Shown here piece by piece: positions 53,513 through 63,988 of a stretch of 64,000 bases of DNA. The translations under genes and the position numbers were made by a program. The stretch lies in contig JBAZOY010000001.1 of NCBI GenBank assembly GCA_041648505.1, positions 79,540-143,539 of the forward strand, written 5' to 3'. Source of the DNA: Syntrophales bacterium. Lineage in GTDB: Bacteria > Desulfobacterota > Syntrophia > Syntrophales > CG2-30-49-12. Positions within the stretch are counted from its first letter, which is position 1; each line of letters opens with the position of its first letter. Below the pieces are notes generated by a model. It was not told the DNA's origin and did not search any database. It worked only from the letters and a program-made list of their open reading frames with translations.

Positions 53513-55465
53513 ATGATGTCGAAGTTGATAGATCAAAGGGGAGACGAGGAGTGCCTGCTCATGGGTAATGAGGCTTTTGCCCGTGGGGCGTTGGAGGCGG
53601 GACTGAACGTTGCCTACGGGTATCCGGGTACCCCCTCCTCAGAAATCATCGAGAACCTTTGCCATGTGGCAAAGGAGAGAAACCTCTATGTGGAGTGGTC
53701 AACCAACGAAAAAGTGGCTTTGGAATCAGCAGCAGCAGCATCCTTTGCTGGACTCAGGTCCCTCTGTATTATGAAACAAAATGGTGTCCATGTGGCGTCC
53801 GATTTCCTCCTCCATCTTGCTCCCTCTGGAATCAGAGGGGGTATGCTCCTTATCTTCTGTGAGGATCCGGGAGCATTATCCAGTGTCAACGAAGTGGAGT
53901 CCCGCTATTTTGCTCCCATGATAGAAATACCCCTCGTAGAGCCGGGAGATTTTCAGGAAGCTAAAGATATGACTAAATGGGCTTTTGAAATTTCGGAAGA
54001 AATCAAACATATCGTCATGGTGCGAAGTGTAACCCGTCTTTCCCATGGCAGTGGAAATGTTAAGTTTGGTACCCTTCCCGACAACCTTGAAAAAGGGCAG
54101 GCCGACTTCAAAATGGATGGTCCTATCCTCGATCCTGATACAGGCCTGATCTTCAGTACACCTGTTATCTATAAGCATCAGCTTCAGCAGGAAAAAATAA
54201 AAAAGGTAAGAGAGATTTTTGAACTGAGTCCATTCAATACCTACCGGGGACCGGAGAAACCGGCACTCTTGATCATCACTTCCAGTATTTGTTACCTCTA
54301 CTGTAAGGAGGCTCTCAGTATATTGGGCCTTGAAGATAGGGTAGGTGTCTTGAAGTTCGGCACAACCTGGCCGTTACCGCCAAAACTTCTCAAAAAACAC
54401 GCTTCCCTGACGGATAAGATCCTGATTGTGGAGGAGGTCCGGCCATTTTTGGAAGAGCACGTTAAAATCCTCGCTGCTGAGATGGCTTCGGAGATCGGGA
54501 TAAAAACCTTTTACGGCAAAGAAAGCGGCCATCTTCCTTCGGTGGGAGAGATGAATCCTGATTTTGTTATATCAGCTCTGTGCAAGATTTTGGAAAGTAA
54601 TAATTATGTAGGAATGCCTTCCGACTACGAGAAGAAGGTAGGAATGCTGACTTCAACCCAAACCCCCAGGAGAGACCTGACTTTCTGTCCTGGCTGCCCT
54701 CACAGGGCATCATTCTGGTCAATTCATAATGCCCTGCAACTGGATGGCCGCAGAGGTTTTGTCTGTGGTGATATTGGCTGCTATTCCCTGGCCATTCTTT
54801 CTCCATCCTGTGGTTTTGGCACCGTGAAGACATTGCATTCCATGGGTTCCGGGACAGGTATCGCTGGCGGCTTTGGAATGTTAAGGCCCTTTGGCATGGA
54901 GCAGCCGGTATTGGCCGTTTGTGGGGATTCTACGTTTTACCACTCCGTCATACCGGCCCTGATCAATGCCGTACATAACAGGGCTAATATTACTCTTCTC
55001 GTCTTGGATAACGGCGGAACAGCGATGACGGGATTCCAGCCCCATCCTGGTTTAAAGCTCAGCGCCATGGGACAGGAGACACCGGTCGTTGATATTGTAC
55101 GGATATGTGAGGCCATTGGTGCCAGGGTTGAAATTAGAGACCCCTTTGAACTGGAGGAGACCAGGGAAGCGATAAATCGCTTCCTGGAGGATGAAGAGGG
55201 CGTCAAGGTTTTGGTGCTGCGACAGATATGCGCATTGAGCCCGGAGAAGAGGGCAGGGAAAAGATACGAGGTGCGAATTGATGAGACTGTTTGCCTAGGT
55301 GAAAACTGTGGATGCAATCGCCTGTGTACCCGGATATTCCGCTGTCCCGGCATTAATTGGAGCAGAGAGAAAAGGAAAGCCGTAATCGATAATGTTATAT
55401 GTGCCGGATGTGGCGTTTGTTCATTTATCTGTCCTTCTGGGGCTATAAAAAAGGAGGAGGCATAA
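53513..55465 (+). CDS. iorA: Indolepyruvate:ferredoxin oxidoreductase, alpha subunit
   Basis: TPP-binding GDIGCY...GDSTFYHS and two C-terminal Cys clusters. The ATG at 53513 follows a GGAG; the listed ORF starts at a GTG at 53504. Confidence 0.9.
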   Translation: MMSKLIDQRGDEECLLMGNEAFARGALEAGLNVAYGYPGTPSSEIIENLCHVAKERNLYVEWSTNEKVALESAAAASFAGLRSLCIMKQNGVHVASDFLLHLAPSGIRGGMLLIFCEDPGALSSVNEVESRYFAPMIEIPLVEPGDFQEAKDMTKWAFEISEEIKHIVMVRSVTRLSHGSGNVKFGTLPDNLEKGQADFKMDGPILDPDTGLIFSTPVIYKHQLQQEKIKKVREIFELSPFNTYRGPEKPALLIITSSICYLYCKEALSILGLEDRVGVLKFGTTWPLPPKLLKKHASLTDKILIVEEVRPFLEEHVKILAAEMASEIGIKTFYGKESGHLPSVGEMNPDFVISALCKILESNNYVGMPSDYEKKVGMLTSTQTPRRDLTFCPGCPHRASFWSIHNALQLDGRRGFVCGDIGCYSLAILSPSCGFGTVKTLHSMGSGTGIAGGFGMLRPFGMEQPVLAVCGDSTFYHSVIPALINAVHNRANITLLVLDNGGTAMTGFQPHPGLKLSAMGQETPVVDIVRICEAIGARVEIRDPFELEETREAINRFLEDEEGVKVLVLRQICALSPEKRAGKRYEVRIDETVCLGENCGCNRLCTRIFRCPGINWSREKRKAVIDNVICAGCGVCSFICPSGAIKKEEA

Positions 55466-55468
55466 TAA

Positions 55469-56125
55469 GTGAAAAAGATGCAGTTGTTGAGGGATCCATA
55501 TAATATCATAATTACCGGTGTGGGTGGTCAGGGGAATGTTATGGCTTCAAGATTATTGGCTAACGTGCTGGTCAATAACGGCTACCATGTCACCATAGGA
55601 GAAACCTTTGGGGCATCTCAGCGAGGCGGCTCAGTTATGAGTCATCTCAGGGTTTCGGCAGAATCCTTATGGAGTCCTCAAATCCCAAAAGGAAGAGCTG
55701 ATATTGTTGTCGCCCTTGAACCTGTCGAGGCAATAAGAGTCCTGATACACTATGGCAACCCGGGAGTTAAGGTGCTAACCAATAGCCGGCCTATCTATCC
55801 TGTAGGTGTCATTGCAGGGGAAATGGATTATCCCTCTCCGGAAGAGGTCAGGGAAACTCTTGGGCAACTATCAGCTTATGCGTTGTTCATAGACGCCACG
55901 GATGAGGCAATTAAACTGGGCAACCCTATTATGGGAAATATCGTAATGGTAGGTGCTATTGTCGGGTTGGATGAACTTCCCATACATAGAGAAGACTTCA
56001 AAAAAGTGATCGAGAGTTCCCTGTCGGCGGATAAGCTGGAAGTAAACCTTAAGGCTTTCGATATTGGACTGGAAAAGGTAAAGAAGCGGCATTGGGGAGA
56101 CTTAAAGGACATTTCAATCAATTGA
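55469..56125 (+). CDS. iorB: Indolepyruvate:ferredoxin oxidoreductase, beta subunit
   Basis: IIITGVGGQGNVMASRLLA, a pyruvate/ketoisovalerate oxidoreductase gamma-type domain. GTG start 3 nt after iorA. Confidence 0.88.
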   Translation: MKKMQLLRDPYNIIITGVGGQGNVMASRLLANVLVNNGYHVTIGETFGASQRGGSVMSHLRVSAESLWSPQIPKGRADIVVALEPVEAIRVLIHYGNPGVKVLTNSRPIYPVGVIAGEMDYPSPEEVRETLGQLSAYALFIDATDEAIKLGNPIMGNIVMVGAIVGLDELPIHREDFKKVIESSLSADKLEVNLKAFDIGLEKVKKRHWGDLKDISIN

Positions 56126-56419
56126 TTATGAACCTAATATCTTGAAAATATTCCTTGACATAAAACGAATATTGAGATAGGGAAAACCTTGCTAATGTAG
56201 CCTCTATGGTCTCCCCGGAGGTCCGCTTTTTACCTTTTCCCCTGAGTAAGAGTAGCGGAAAAGGTTCGGTTAACCAGCCAAATAAAACGTAGTTGTTCAG
56301 CGGATTGTGATTAAACACGGCCGGTAAATAACAGTGAACGGTTAAAATAAAACTAATACTGATGTATGAGGGGGATATTAGGTAATGTTCCCGGCCCATA
56401 CATCGAGAAGGAGGAAAAA

Positions 56420-57190
56420 GTGAATATTGTTGCATGTATAAAACAGGTCCCCGATACAGAAGCACAGATTAAGGTGAAACCCGATGGATCGGGAATTGAC
56501 GAAACTGGAATCAAATGGATCATGAACCCCTATGATGAGTATGCCGTTGAAGAGTCCCTCAGATTGAAGGAAAAGCTTGGAGGGGAAGTCACCGTTGTTT
56601 CTCTGGGGCCGGCAAGGGTCATGGCAACCATCAGGACTGCCCTTGCCATGGGCGCCGACAAAGGGATACACATCTGTGATCCGGCTTTTGATGGTGCCGA
56701 TGCCTATACCACAGGAGCCGCCCTTGCTGCTGCTATCGGCGGTATTCCATATGACATAATTATTTGCGGGCAACGTGCTATTGACGATGATTCCGGTCAG
56801 GTTGGTTCCGTCCTTGCTGAACTTCTCGGTATCCCACAGTTGACGATTGTTACAAAGGTTGACGTGGATGGAAAGTCCATAAAGGTTATCAAGCCTATTG
56901 AGGGGGCCCAACTGTTGATTGAAGGAACTCTGCCGTGTGTAGTTACTGCGCAGAAAGGGTTAAATGAACCCCGTTATGCATCCCTGCCCGGGATCATGAA
57001 AGCTAAAAAGAAACCTGTTGACACCAAAGATGCACAGGCATTGGGCGTAACTGTGGATGTAAAGGCAAAAGTCGCGAAATTCGTACCGCCTCCGGCCAGA
57101 GCAGCGGGGAAGATCATCGGTGGTGATGATCCGGCAGCAAAGGCGGAAGAGCTGGGCAGGCTCTTGAAAGAAGAGGCAAAAGTTCTCTAA
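56420..57190 (+). CDS. etfB: Electron transfer flavoprotein, beta subunit
   Basis: (V)NIVACIKQVPDTEAQIKV... The GTG start at 56420 follows a GAAGGAGGA RBS. The upstream part of the listed ORF has no homology pattern. Confidence 0.9.
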   Translation: MNIVACIKQVPDTEAQIKVKPDGSGIDETGIKWIMNPYDEYAVEESLRLKEKLGGEVTVVSLGPARVMATIRTALAMGADKGIHICDPAFDGADAYTTGAALAAAIGGIPYDIIICGQRAIDDDSGQVGSVLAELLGIPQLTIVTKVDVDGKSIKVIKPIEGAQLLIEGTLPCVVTAQKGLNEPRYASLPGIMKAKKKPVDTKDAQALGVTVDVKAKVAKFVPPPARAAGKIIGGDDPAAKAEELGRLLKEEAKVL

Positions 57191-57232
57191 AAATATTTGC
57201 GAATATATGAATTATCATGGAGGAAAATAGAA

Positions 57233-58210
57233 ATGGCAAAAGGTGTATGGATAGTGGCGGAACTGAGAGATGGTGCCTTTCGCAAGATCAGTTTTGAGCT
57301 TGCCGGCACGGCAAGAAAGCTTGCTGACGAGTTGGGAGAGGAAGTTTGTGCCATCATGTTAGGATCCGGAATTGAAGGAATTGCCGGTGATTTTGCAAAA
57401 TACGGTGTTGATAAAGTTTATGTGGCGGACAACCCTGCCCTGGAACCCTACACTACAGATGCACATGCCGCGGCTGTTGCCAAGGTGGTGAAGGAAAATG
57501 ATCCCTCTATACTCCTGCTGGGCGCTTCCGCTCAGGGAAAAGATCTCTCTTCTCGTCTGGTGGGTAAGCTGGCGACCGGTATGGCTACAGATTGTACTGA
57601 TGTGAAGATAGCAGCCGGCAAGCTTGTCGCGATAAGACCTTTGTATGCCGGTAAGTGCTACGGGGAAGTTGTCGTCTCGGGAACTCCCCAGATGGCTTCT
57701 CTAAGGCCGAATGTATTTCCCGTTGTGGAAAATGCAAAGGCAGGTGCAGTAGTGAAATTTGATCCTGCGCTTGATTCATCTCAGTTGAAGACAAAGGTCC
57801 TTGAGGTCCAGAAGGATACAAGTGGAAAGGTTGATCTGACAGAGGCTAACTCGATTGTTGCCGGTGGACGGGGAGTGAAGGGAGCCGAGGGTTATCAGAT
57901 TCTCGAAGAACTGGCGGATGTCTTAGGTGCAACAGTGGGGGCCTCCAGAGCCGCAGTAGATGCGGGATGGAGACCTTTATCAGACCAGGTCGGACAGACG
58001 GGAAAGGTTGTCTCCCCCAGCCTCTACATCGCCTGTGGAATTTCCGGTGCTATTCAGCATCTGGCCGGCATGAGTTCTTCCAAATATATTGTAGCCATTA
58101 ATAAGGATCCGGAGGCCCCGATCTTTGCAAAGGCCGATTACTGTATCGTAGATGATCTCTTTAAGGTCGTCCCGGAGTTGACTAAGGTATGTAAGAAACT
58201 GCTTGCGTGA
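57233..58210 (+). CDS. etfA: Electron transfer flavoprotein, alpha subunit
   Basis: [11 protein letters not shown]... and the C-terminal FAD-binding [17 protein letters not shown]. The start follows a GGAGGA RBS. Confidence 0.9.
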   Translation: MAKGVWIVAELRDGAFRKISFELAGTARKLADELGEEVCAIMLGSGIEGIAGDFAKYGVDKVYVADNPALEPYTTDAHAAAVAKVVKENDPSILLLGASAQGKDLSSRLVGKLATGMATDCTDVKIAAGKLVAIRPLYAGKCYGEVVVSGTPQMASLRPNVFPVVENAKAGAVVKFDPALDSSQLKTKVLEVQKDTSGKVDLTEANSIVAGGRGVKGAEGYQILEELADVLGATVGASRAAVDAGWRPLSDQVGQTGKVVSPSLYIACGISGAIQHLAGMSSSKYIVAINKDPEAPIFAKADYCIVDDLFKVVPELTKVCKKLLA

Positions 58211-58219
58211 TAATAGATA

Positions 58220-58256
58220 AAAACCGGGAGTGGACTTACCGCTTCCGGTTTTTTTA
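58220..58256 (+). terminator. Intrinsic terminator-like hairpin between etfA and the FeS oxidoreductase gene
   Basis: AAAACCGGGAG-11 nt-CTTCCGG-TTTTTTT. Confidence 0.55.
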
Positions 58257-58308
58257 TGCAGGATAATATCATTAAATAGAGGTTTACATCTGAAGCAGGA
58301 GGTTAACC

Positions 58309-60315
58309 ATGTTACCGATTGCAGGTAAGATAGTTCTCATATTGTTAATAGTTGTTACCGTTGTTGCTTTTAGTAAGAGAGCAAAATTCCTTATTGCCCT
58401 TATTAAACAGGGACAACCGGAAGACAGATCTGACAAGGCCGGTGAGCGTTTGAAATTCTTTCTCGGTCAGGTACTGCCCCAGCGTTGCGTCCTTAAGCAA
58501 GTTACAAAAGGTGACTATGCCGGCATAGGACACATGCTCTTATTCTATGGGTTTTCTCTTTTCCTTCTCAGTTACGGTGTTCATATTGCGGAAGGACTTT
58601 ACGAACCATTATCACCCGCCCTTTTAGGAAGAACCGTTAATAACCTGTTTTTTCTCCTTCTCGATATTGCCGGTCTGGTCGTTATTGCAATGATCATCTG
58701 GGCGGCGATCAGGCGTTATATCGTCAGGCCTGCGCGTCTGAAGCCATCCATGGAAGCAGGAATCATTTTGATTGTGGTTTTTTCTTTAATGCTTCTGAGC
58801 TTTTGCACAGAAGCATTTCGCCTTCTTGCAGAAGGCAGTAATCCCTTTGCCGAGTGGTCTTTTGTAGGCATAGCCCTGGCAAATCTCTTCGCGGACATGG
58901 GTTTACAGGACAAGGCACATATGCTCTACATGATTTTCTGGTGGGTGCATATGATTCTTATCCTGGGCTTTGGCATTTACATTCTCTACTCCAAACATCT
59001 TCATATTCTTACTTCTCACTTCAATCTCTATTTTCATTCCACGGGTCCCAAAGGCTCTCTTCAGCCGATAACGGATATGGAAGAGGCGGAAACTTTTGGA
59101 GTCTCGAAGATTACTGAATTTTCATGGAAACAGCTCCTCGATTTGTACGCCTGCACAGAGTGCGGACGTTGTACTGAAAACTGTCCCGCCAGTAACAGCG
59201 GAAAACATTTAAAACCGGAAGAACTTATTAAGCACCTTAAGGTACACCTCTTTGCCTCGTCGGCAAAGTTGCTCGCGGAAAAGGAAGAAGGGCAAGAAAA
59301 GGAAGAAGGACAGGCCCTTATTGGTGATGTGGTGAACGAGGAAGAGATATGGGACTGCACAAATTGCATGGCCTGTATGGAGATATGCCCGGTAGCAATT
59401 GAACATATCAACAAAATTGATGATATGCGGCGCTACCTGGTTTTGATGGAGAGTAAATTCCCGGCAGCGCTGCAGACTGCATTTAGAAATATGGAAAATA
59501 ACTCTAATCCCTGGGGCATAGGTGCCCATACGAGGGGTGATTGGGCCAAAGAACTGGGTATCAAGACCCTGGCGGAAGATCCAAACGTGGAATACCTGTT
59601 CTATGTAGGTTGTTCCGGATCGTTTGATGACAGGGGCAAGAAGGTAACAGTAGCCTTTGCTAAGATCCTTCAGGCGGCTGGTATCAGCTTTGGTATCCTT
59701 GGAGAAGAAGAGGGGTGCTGTGGCGATTCGGCCATGAGGGGCGGCAATGAGTATCTCTACCAGATAATCGCCCAGGGAAATGTTGAGATAATGAACGGTT
59801 ATAATGTTAAGAAAATTGTTGCCATCTGCCCCCACGGATATAATGTTATAAAGAAGGATTATCCCTTTTTCGGCGGCAATTACGAAGTCTATCACCATAC
59901 CGAAATTATTGCCGATCTGATTGCCAAAGGTAAGATCAAATTGAGCAAGTCTCTGGAGGGGGTATTTACCTACCACGATTCCTGTTTCCTTGGCAGGTAC
60001 AATAATATCTATGATCAGCCAAGAAAAATTTTAAAGTCTGTTCCTGGTTTAAAACTGACGGAGATGGAGCGAAACCATGCGAGGAGCTTCTGCTGCGGTG
60101 CCGGTGGTGCCAGAATGTGGATGGAAGAAGATGTCGGCGAGAGGATCAACAATATGAGGACCGATCAGGCTATTGCGGCCAAAGCAGATACAATTGCCGT
60201 GGCCTGTCCTTTCTGCCTCACCATGTTGACTGACGGGATCAAGGACCGTGAAAAGGAAGAAAGCATGAACTCTCTCGATATTTCTGAAATAGTGTTGAAG
60301 GCCATGGATATTTAA
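58309..60315 (+). CDS. Membrane-bound FeS oxidoreductase (N-terminal ~6-TM domain + 2x[4Fe-4S] + CCG-domain, HdrD/DsrK-like)
   Basis: Hydrophobic N-terminal ~240 aa, then CTECGRCTENCP and CTNCMACMEICP ferredoxin motifs and two C-terminal cysteine-rich CCG-type regions (VGCS..., CCGAGG). Confidence 0.85.
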   Translation: MLPIAGKIVLILLIVVTVVAFSKRAKFLIALIKQGQPEDRSDKAGERLKFFLGQVLPQRCVLKQVTKGDYAGIGHMLLFYGFSLFLLSYGVHIAEGLYEPLSPALLGRTVNNLFFLLLDIAGLVVIAMIIWAAIRRYIVRPARLKPSMEAGIILIVVFSLMLLSFCTEAFRLLAEGSNPFAEWSFVGIALANLFADMGLQDKAHMLYMIFWWVHMILILGFGIYILYSKHLHILTSHFNLYFHSTGPKGSLQPITDMEEAETFGVSKITEFSWKQLLDLYACTECGRCTENCPASNSGKHLKPEELIKHLKVHLFASSAKLLAEKEEGQEKEEGQALIGDVVNEEEIWDCTNCMACMEICPVAIEHINKIDDMRRYLVLMESKFPAALQTAFRNMENNSNPWGIGAHTRGDWAKELGIKTLAEDPNVEYLFYVGCSGSFDDRGKKVTVAFAKILQAAGISFGILGEEEGCCGDSAMRGGNEYLYQIIAQGNVEIMNGYNVKKIVAICPHGYNVIKKDYPFFGGNYEVYHHTEIIADLIAKGKIKLSKSLEGVFTYHDSCFLGRYNNIYDQPRKILKSVPGLKLTEMERNHARSFCCGAGGARMWMEEDVGERINNMRTDQAIAAKADTIAVACPFCLTMLTDGIKDREKEESMNSLDISEIVLKAMDI

Positions 60316-60460
60316 AGTATTGGATTCAGAAGGGGCGTGAATTAAAACTCTCGCACACCATGTATACCGTCGCAATGAAGCGTTGGTATGCATGGTGTGC
60401 TTTTTTATGGTCTAAAAAATATTTTCAGCGGGCTTATGAATACAATTTCCAAAGCTCTCG
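60316..60460. repeat. Family A repeat, full copy A6
   Basis: GTATTGGATTCAGAAGGGGCGTGAATTAAAA...GCACACCATG...CATGGTGTGC...GCTTATGAATACAATTTCCAAAGCTCTC is colinear with 28934-29078. Confidence 0.8.
60353..60406 (+). terminator. Intrinsic terminator (central hairpin of repeat A6)
   Basis: GCACACCATG-28 nt-CATGGTGTGC-TTTTTT, a perfect 10-bp stem. Confidence 0.75.
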
Positions 60461-60470
60461 ATAAGAGAGA

Positions 60471-61679
60471 TTATGCCCCGAATTTTGTTAATCTTTTAGC
60501 GTGTGCAAGCGCCAGACCCATGAGGTAAATCATCGGTATCCGCCCGAGGCCGCCTTGGATACAATCCCTTTCTCCGAAGCGCTCTACCCTGTCCGGTCGG
60601 CAGGTATTCGCTGACAACAGGACAGGCAAAGAATGCCAACTGTGAGAGGCCAGTGCCGCCGGTGTGGAGTGATCACCCGTAACTACCATGACATGCGGAT
60701 GAAGATCGGTAATCCGTGGGAGCAAAGAATCTACCTTCTCGATTATTCTGACCTTTTCAGCAAAATTTCCGTCCTCACCCCTCGAGTCGGTATCCTTGAT
60801 ATGAACAAAGAAAAAGTCGAAATTATGGTAGTTTTTACAGAGGGTATCAAATTCATCTTCTATACTGTTCGTTGAGGTATTAACCGTCATACCTAGAAGC
60901 CGGGCGATTCCCCTGTACATGGGGTAGTTGGCAATAGCAAGGGGATTAAGACCATATCGTTCACTGATACTGGGAAAGTAGCGGTGTCTGGCATATCCCC
61001 TCAAAAGTATCATGTTTGCCTTTTCCTCATCCGCAAGAACATCTGTTGCTTTTTCTACAAGCTCTGTTATGGCGGCGGCGGTATTTTCTGCTTCTCGGAT
61101 CAATGGTCGCGGTGGAAAAGGAAGTACCCCGGTCTTTTGGGGATCTGTTTCCTCTATTTCTTCCCGCAGTTCGTCTCCCCGGAGTACGAACAATGCCCGG
61201 TGTTCCTTTTCAGTCTCAAAGAAAACATCAATACCGGACGTGAGGCGGATCTGTTCCTTAAGCTTCCTGCAGAGCCTCCGGTTAGTTTCACTATCTATGC
61301 GACCTGCACGCCTGTCCGTGACCCTGCCCTGCTTGTCAATGGTGGCGAAGTTGACCCGCATGAACAGGTCTTTTTCCGTCATGGGGAAATCAATCCCTGC
61401 CGCTGAAAGGAGTCCACGCCCCACATTGTTTTCAATGGGATCGTATCCGAAGAGAGCGAAGTGGGCCGGGCCACTGCCTGGTGTTATCCCATATCCGATC
61501 GGATCGAGAAGTCCGCAGATCGATTTTTTTGCCAGGGCATCGAGGTGAGGAGTATCTGCTGTTTCCAGTTCCGTCTGGTTTTTCTCTCCCATGGGTAAAC
61601 CGCCGAGCCCGTCCATGATAAGGAAAACAATCTTTGTCTCATTTTTTACAATTAATTTTTCAACCAGTTCCGGATTCAT
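60471..61679 (-). CDS. apgM: Cofactor-independent phosphoglycerate mutase, archaeal type
   Basis: 402 aa of the alkaline-phosphatase superfamily: LIMDGLGG..., FFFVHIKDTDSRGEDG and VTGDHSTP. Confidence 0.85.
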   Translation of the reverse strand: MNPELVEKLIVKNETKIVFLIMDGLGGLPMGEKNQTELETADTPHLDALAKKSICGLLDPIGYGITPGSGPAHFALFGYDPIENNVGRGLLSAAGIDFPMTEKDLFMRVNFATIDKQGRVTDRRAGRIDSETNRRLCRKLKEQIRLTSGIDVFFETEKEHRALFVLRGDELREEIEETDPQKTGVLPFPPRPLIREAENTAAAITELVEKATDVLADEEKANMILLRGYARHRYFPSISERYGLNPLAIANYPMYRGIARLLGMTVNTSTNSIEDEFDTLCKNYHNFDFFFVHIKDTDSRGEDGNFAEKVRIIEKVDSLLPRITDLHPHVMVVTGDHSTPAALASHSWHSLPVLLSANTCRPDRVERFGERDCIQGGLGRIPMIYLMGLALAHAKRLTKFGA

Positions 61680-61708
61680 GATTCACCACCTCCCTTTTAC
61701 AGCCATAG

Positions 61709-62491
61709 CTAATGTCCTTTAAAGGTAGTTTTGCTTTTTTCGAGAAAGGCCTTCATTCCTTCCTTCTGGTCATCGGTACTGAAGCACTGGGCGCAGCATT
61801 CTGCCTCAATCCGGGTAGCGTTATCGATGGCAAGGTCATAACCGAAATTGATGCTGTGTTTGGCCATCTTGATGGCGAAGCCGGGCTGGCCAGCCAATTT
61901 CATGGCGAATTTTTTGGTTTCCATGAGAAGCTGGTCGGCAGGATAAACCCTATTGGCAAGACCGATTTCATAGGCCCTTTGAGCATTGATCTGTTCCCCC
62001 CCCATGATCAGTTCCTTTGCTCTTCCCATACCGATAATACGGGGTAATCTCTGGGTGCCTCCCCATCCGGGAATCAAACCGAGTAATATTTCCGGCTGGC
62101 CGAAGACAGCCTTTTCAGAAGCGAATCTCATATCGCAGGCAAGAGCGATTTCCGTACCCCCGCCAAGGGCAAAGCCATTTACAGCCGCAATAGAGGGCTT
62201 GGGTATCGTTTCGAGGAGCCGCAATGTTTCCTGGCCTGTCTCCATGAAGGAAAGGGCCTGATACGGCTTCATGTTCTGCATCTCCGATACATCCGCACCG
62301 GCCACGAATGCCTTTTCACCGGAGCCGGTCAGGATCAGGACCTTGATCTGTTCCTCATTTTTACATTGTGTTACGGCATTGAAAAGCTCGGCTATAGTTT
62401 CAGAATTCATCGCATTCAAGGCCTTCGGCCTGTTAAAGGTGATCGTAGCAACCCCCTCCTCAACGGCAAAGAGAATATTCTTGTATTCCAT
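61709..62491 (-). CDS. Enoyl-CoA hydratase (crotonase family)
   Basis: ITFNRPKALNA, GADVSEM and AAVNGFALGGGTEIALACD motifs. Confidence 0.9.
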   Translation of the reverse strand: MEYKNILFAVEEGVATITFNRPKALNAMNSETIAELFNAVTQCKNEEQIKVLILTGSGEKAFVAGADVSEMQNMKPYQALSFMETGQETLRLLETIPKPSIAAVNGFALGGGTEIALACDMRFASEKAVFGQPEILLGLIPGWGGTQRLPRIIGMGRAKELIMGGEQINAQRAYEIGLANRVYPADQLLMETKKFAMKLAGQPGFAIKMAKHSINFGYDLAIDNATRIEAECCAQCFSTDDQKEGMKAFLEKSKTTFKGH

Positions 62492-62530
62492 CTGTACTTT
62501 TTCTCCTTTCTTCTAAAGATACAACTTCGT

Positions 62531-63988
62531 TCAATCAATATTATCCACAAATTCAACTTTGCGGGGAATCTTATGGGGAGAGAGATAATGTCTGCAATGT
62601 CTTACAATTGATTTTTTGTCGGTCTCTTCCCCTTTCTTTTTTACGATAAGGGCCTTTACAACTTCGCCCCTCATCAGATCAGACACGCCAATCACCCTGG
62701 ATGCTTTAACAGCAGGATGCATACCAAGAACAAGCTCGACTTCCTGTGGATAGACATTAAACCCGCTGGTAATGATCATTCGCTTTTTACGGCCGGTGAT
62801 AAAAATATATCCCTCTTCATCAACCTTAGCCAGATCGCCCGTGTAAAGCCACCCATTTCTGATAACCATGGCAGTTGCTTCTTCATCTTTATAGTAACCG
62901 CGCATAACATTCTCGCCTTTAACGATGAGTTCCCCGTTTTCATTTGGCGATACCTCGTTACCCTGATAGTCCACGATCTTCACTTCGACACCGGGGATAG
63001 CAACTCCTATAGAACCAGGTTTCTGCACCATATCAGGTCTGCTGAATGCACAGACCGGCGATGCCTCGGTGAGGCCATACCCTTCCATGACTTTGATGCC
63101 GAATCTCTCTTCAAAGGGGAGTATAAATTCCGGCGGCATAGCAGCACCTCCGGTAATGCAAAGCCTCAGAGAACTCACGTTATAATGCTGCTTGGTCTCT
63201 TTATAAAATAACATGCCGAGAAACACCTCTGGGATAGCGGCAATATATGTTACCTTATACCTTTCGATGGCGTTTAAGATACCACCTATACCGAACCGGT
63301 CCATCAGTACCATGCAGGCCCCGATACGGACGGCACTCAGTAGGTTGATTGCGGTACCGAAGGAATGAAAGAATGGTATCACGCAAAGCGCCCGGTCCTT
63401 TTCCGTACCACCACAAAGGTCCCTGATAAGTTTAGACTGGCCGAGGAGGTTTCGGTGGGTGAGGACGGCGCCAAGAGGCTTACCGGTAAGTCCCGCTGTA
63501 TAGATAATAACGGCAGGATCATCACCGTCGATCTCCGTTATATCAAGCGTAAATGGACCTTTATCGACAATGTCTCTGAAAGGAGAGGCCGTATCCAGGC
63601 CGTTGGTAACGATAAGATGGCGGCAAAGGGGGATATCAAGGCTTATCTCTTCAAAACGCTTCGCTAGCGGAACTTCGGTAATCAATGCTTTTGCTTCGCT
63701 GTTTCCAAGCAGGTGTCTTAGTTCATAAGCTGTGGACATGATGTTGAGGGTAACGGCAACAGCACCGATCTTTTGTATCGCAAAATAGGAAATGATAAAG
63801 TCGGGACAATTGGGAAGTAATAGGGCGACTTTATCTCCCTTTTTAAGCCCTAAGCTTTTCAGATGGTTCCCGAGGGCATTTACCGCTTTGTTCAATTCGC
63901 TATAGGTTAAACTCAGCTCTTCGTAGATTATGGCTACGTTTTCTGCATATCGCTTACAGCTTTCCTGTAGCATTTGTCCCAGACTCAC
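62531..63988 (-). CDS. AMP-dependent acyl-CoA synthetase/ligase
   Basis: IYTAGLTGKPLGAVLTH (AMP-binding motif), GYGLTEASP and YTGDLAKVDEEGYIFITGRKK. GTG start with an in-frame TAG just upstream. Confidence 0.88.
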   Translation of the reverse strand: MSLGQMLQESCKRYAENVAIIYEELSLTYSELNKAVNALGNHLKSLGLKKGDKVALLLPNCPDFIISYFAIQKIGAVAVTLNIMSTAYELRHLLGNSEAKALITEVPLAKRFEEISLDIPLCRHLIVTNGLDTASPFRDIVDKGPFTLDITEIDGDDPAVIIYTAGLTGKPLGAVLTHRNLLGQSKLIRDLCGGTEKDRALCVIPFFHSFGTAINLLSAVRIGACMVLMDRFGIGGILNAIERYKVTYIAAIPEVFLGMLFYKETKQHYNVSSLRLCITGGAAMPPEFILPFEERFGIKVMEGYGLTEASPVCAFSRPDMVQKPGSIGVAIPGVEVKIVDYQGNEVSPNENGELIVKGENVMRGYYKDEEATAMVIRNGWLYTGDLAKVDEEGYIFITGRKKRMIITSGFNVYPQEVELVLGMHPAVKASRVIGVSDLMRGEVVKALIVKKKGEETDKKSIVRHCRHYLSPHKIPRKVEFVDNID

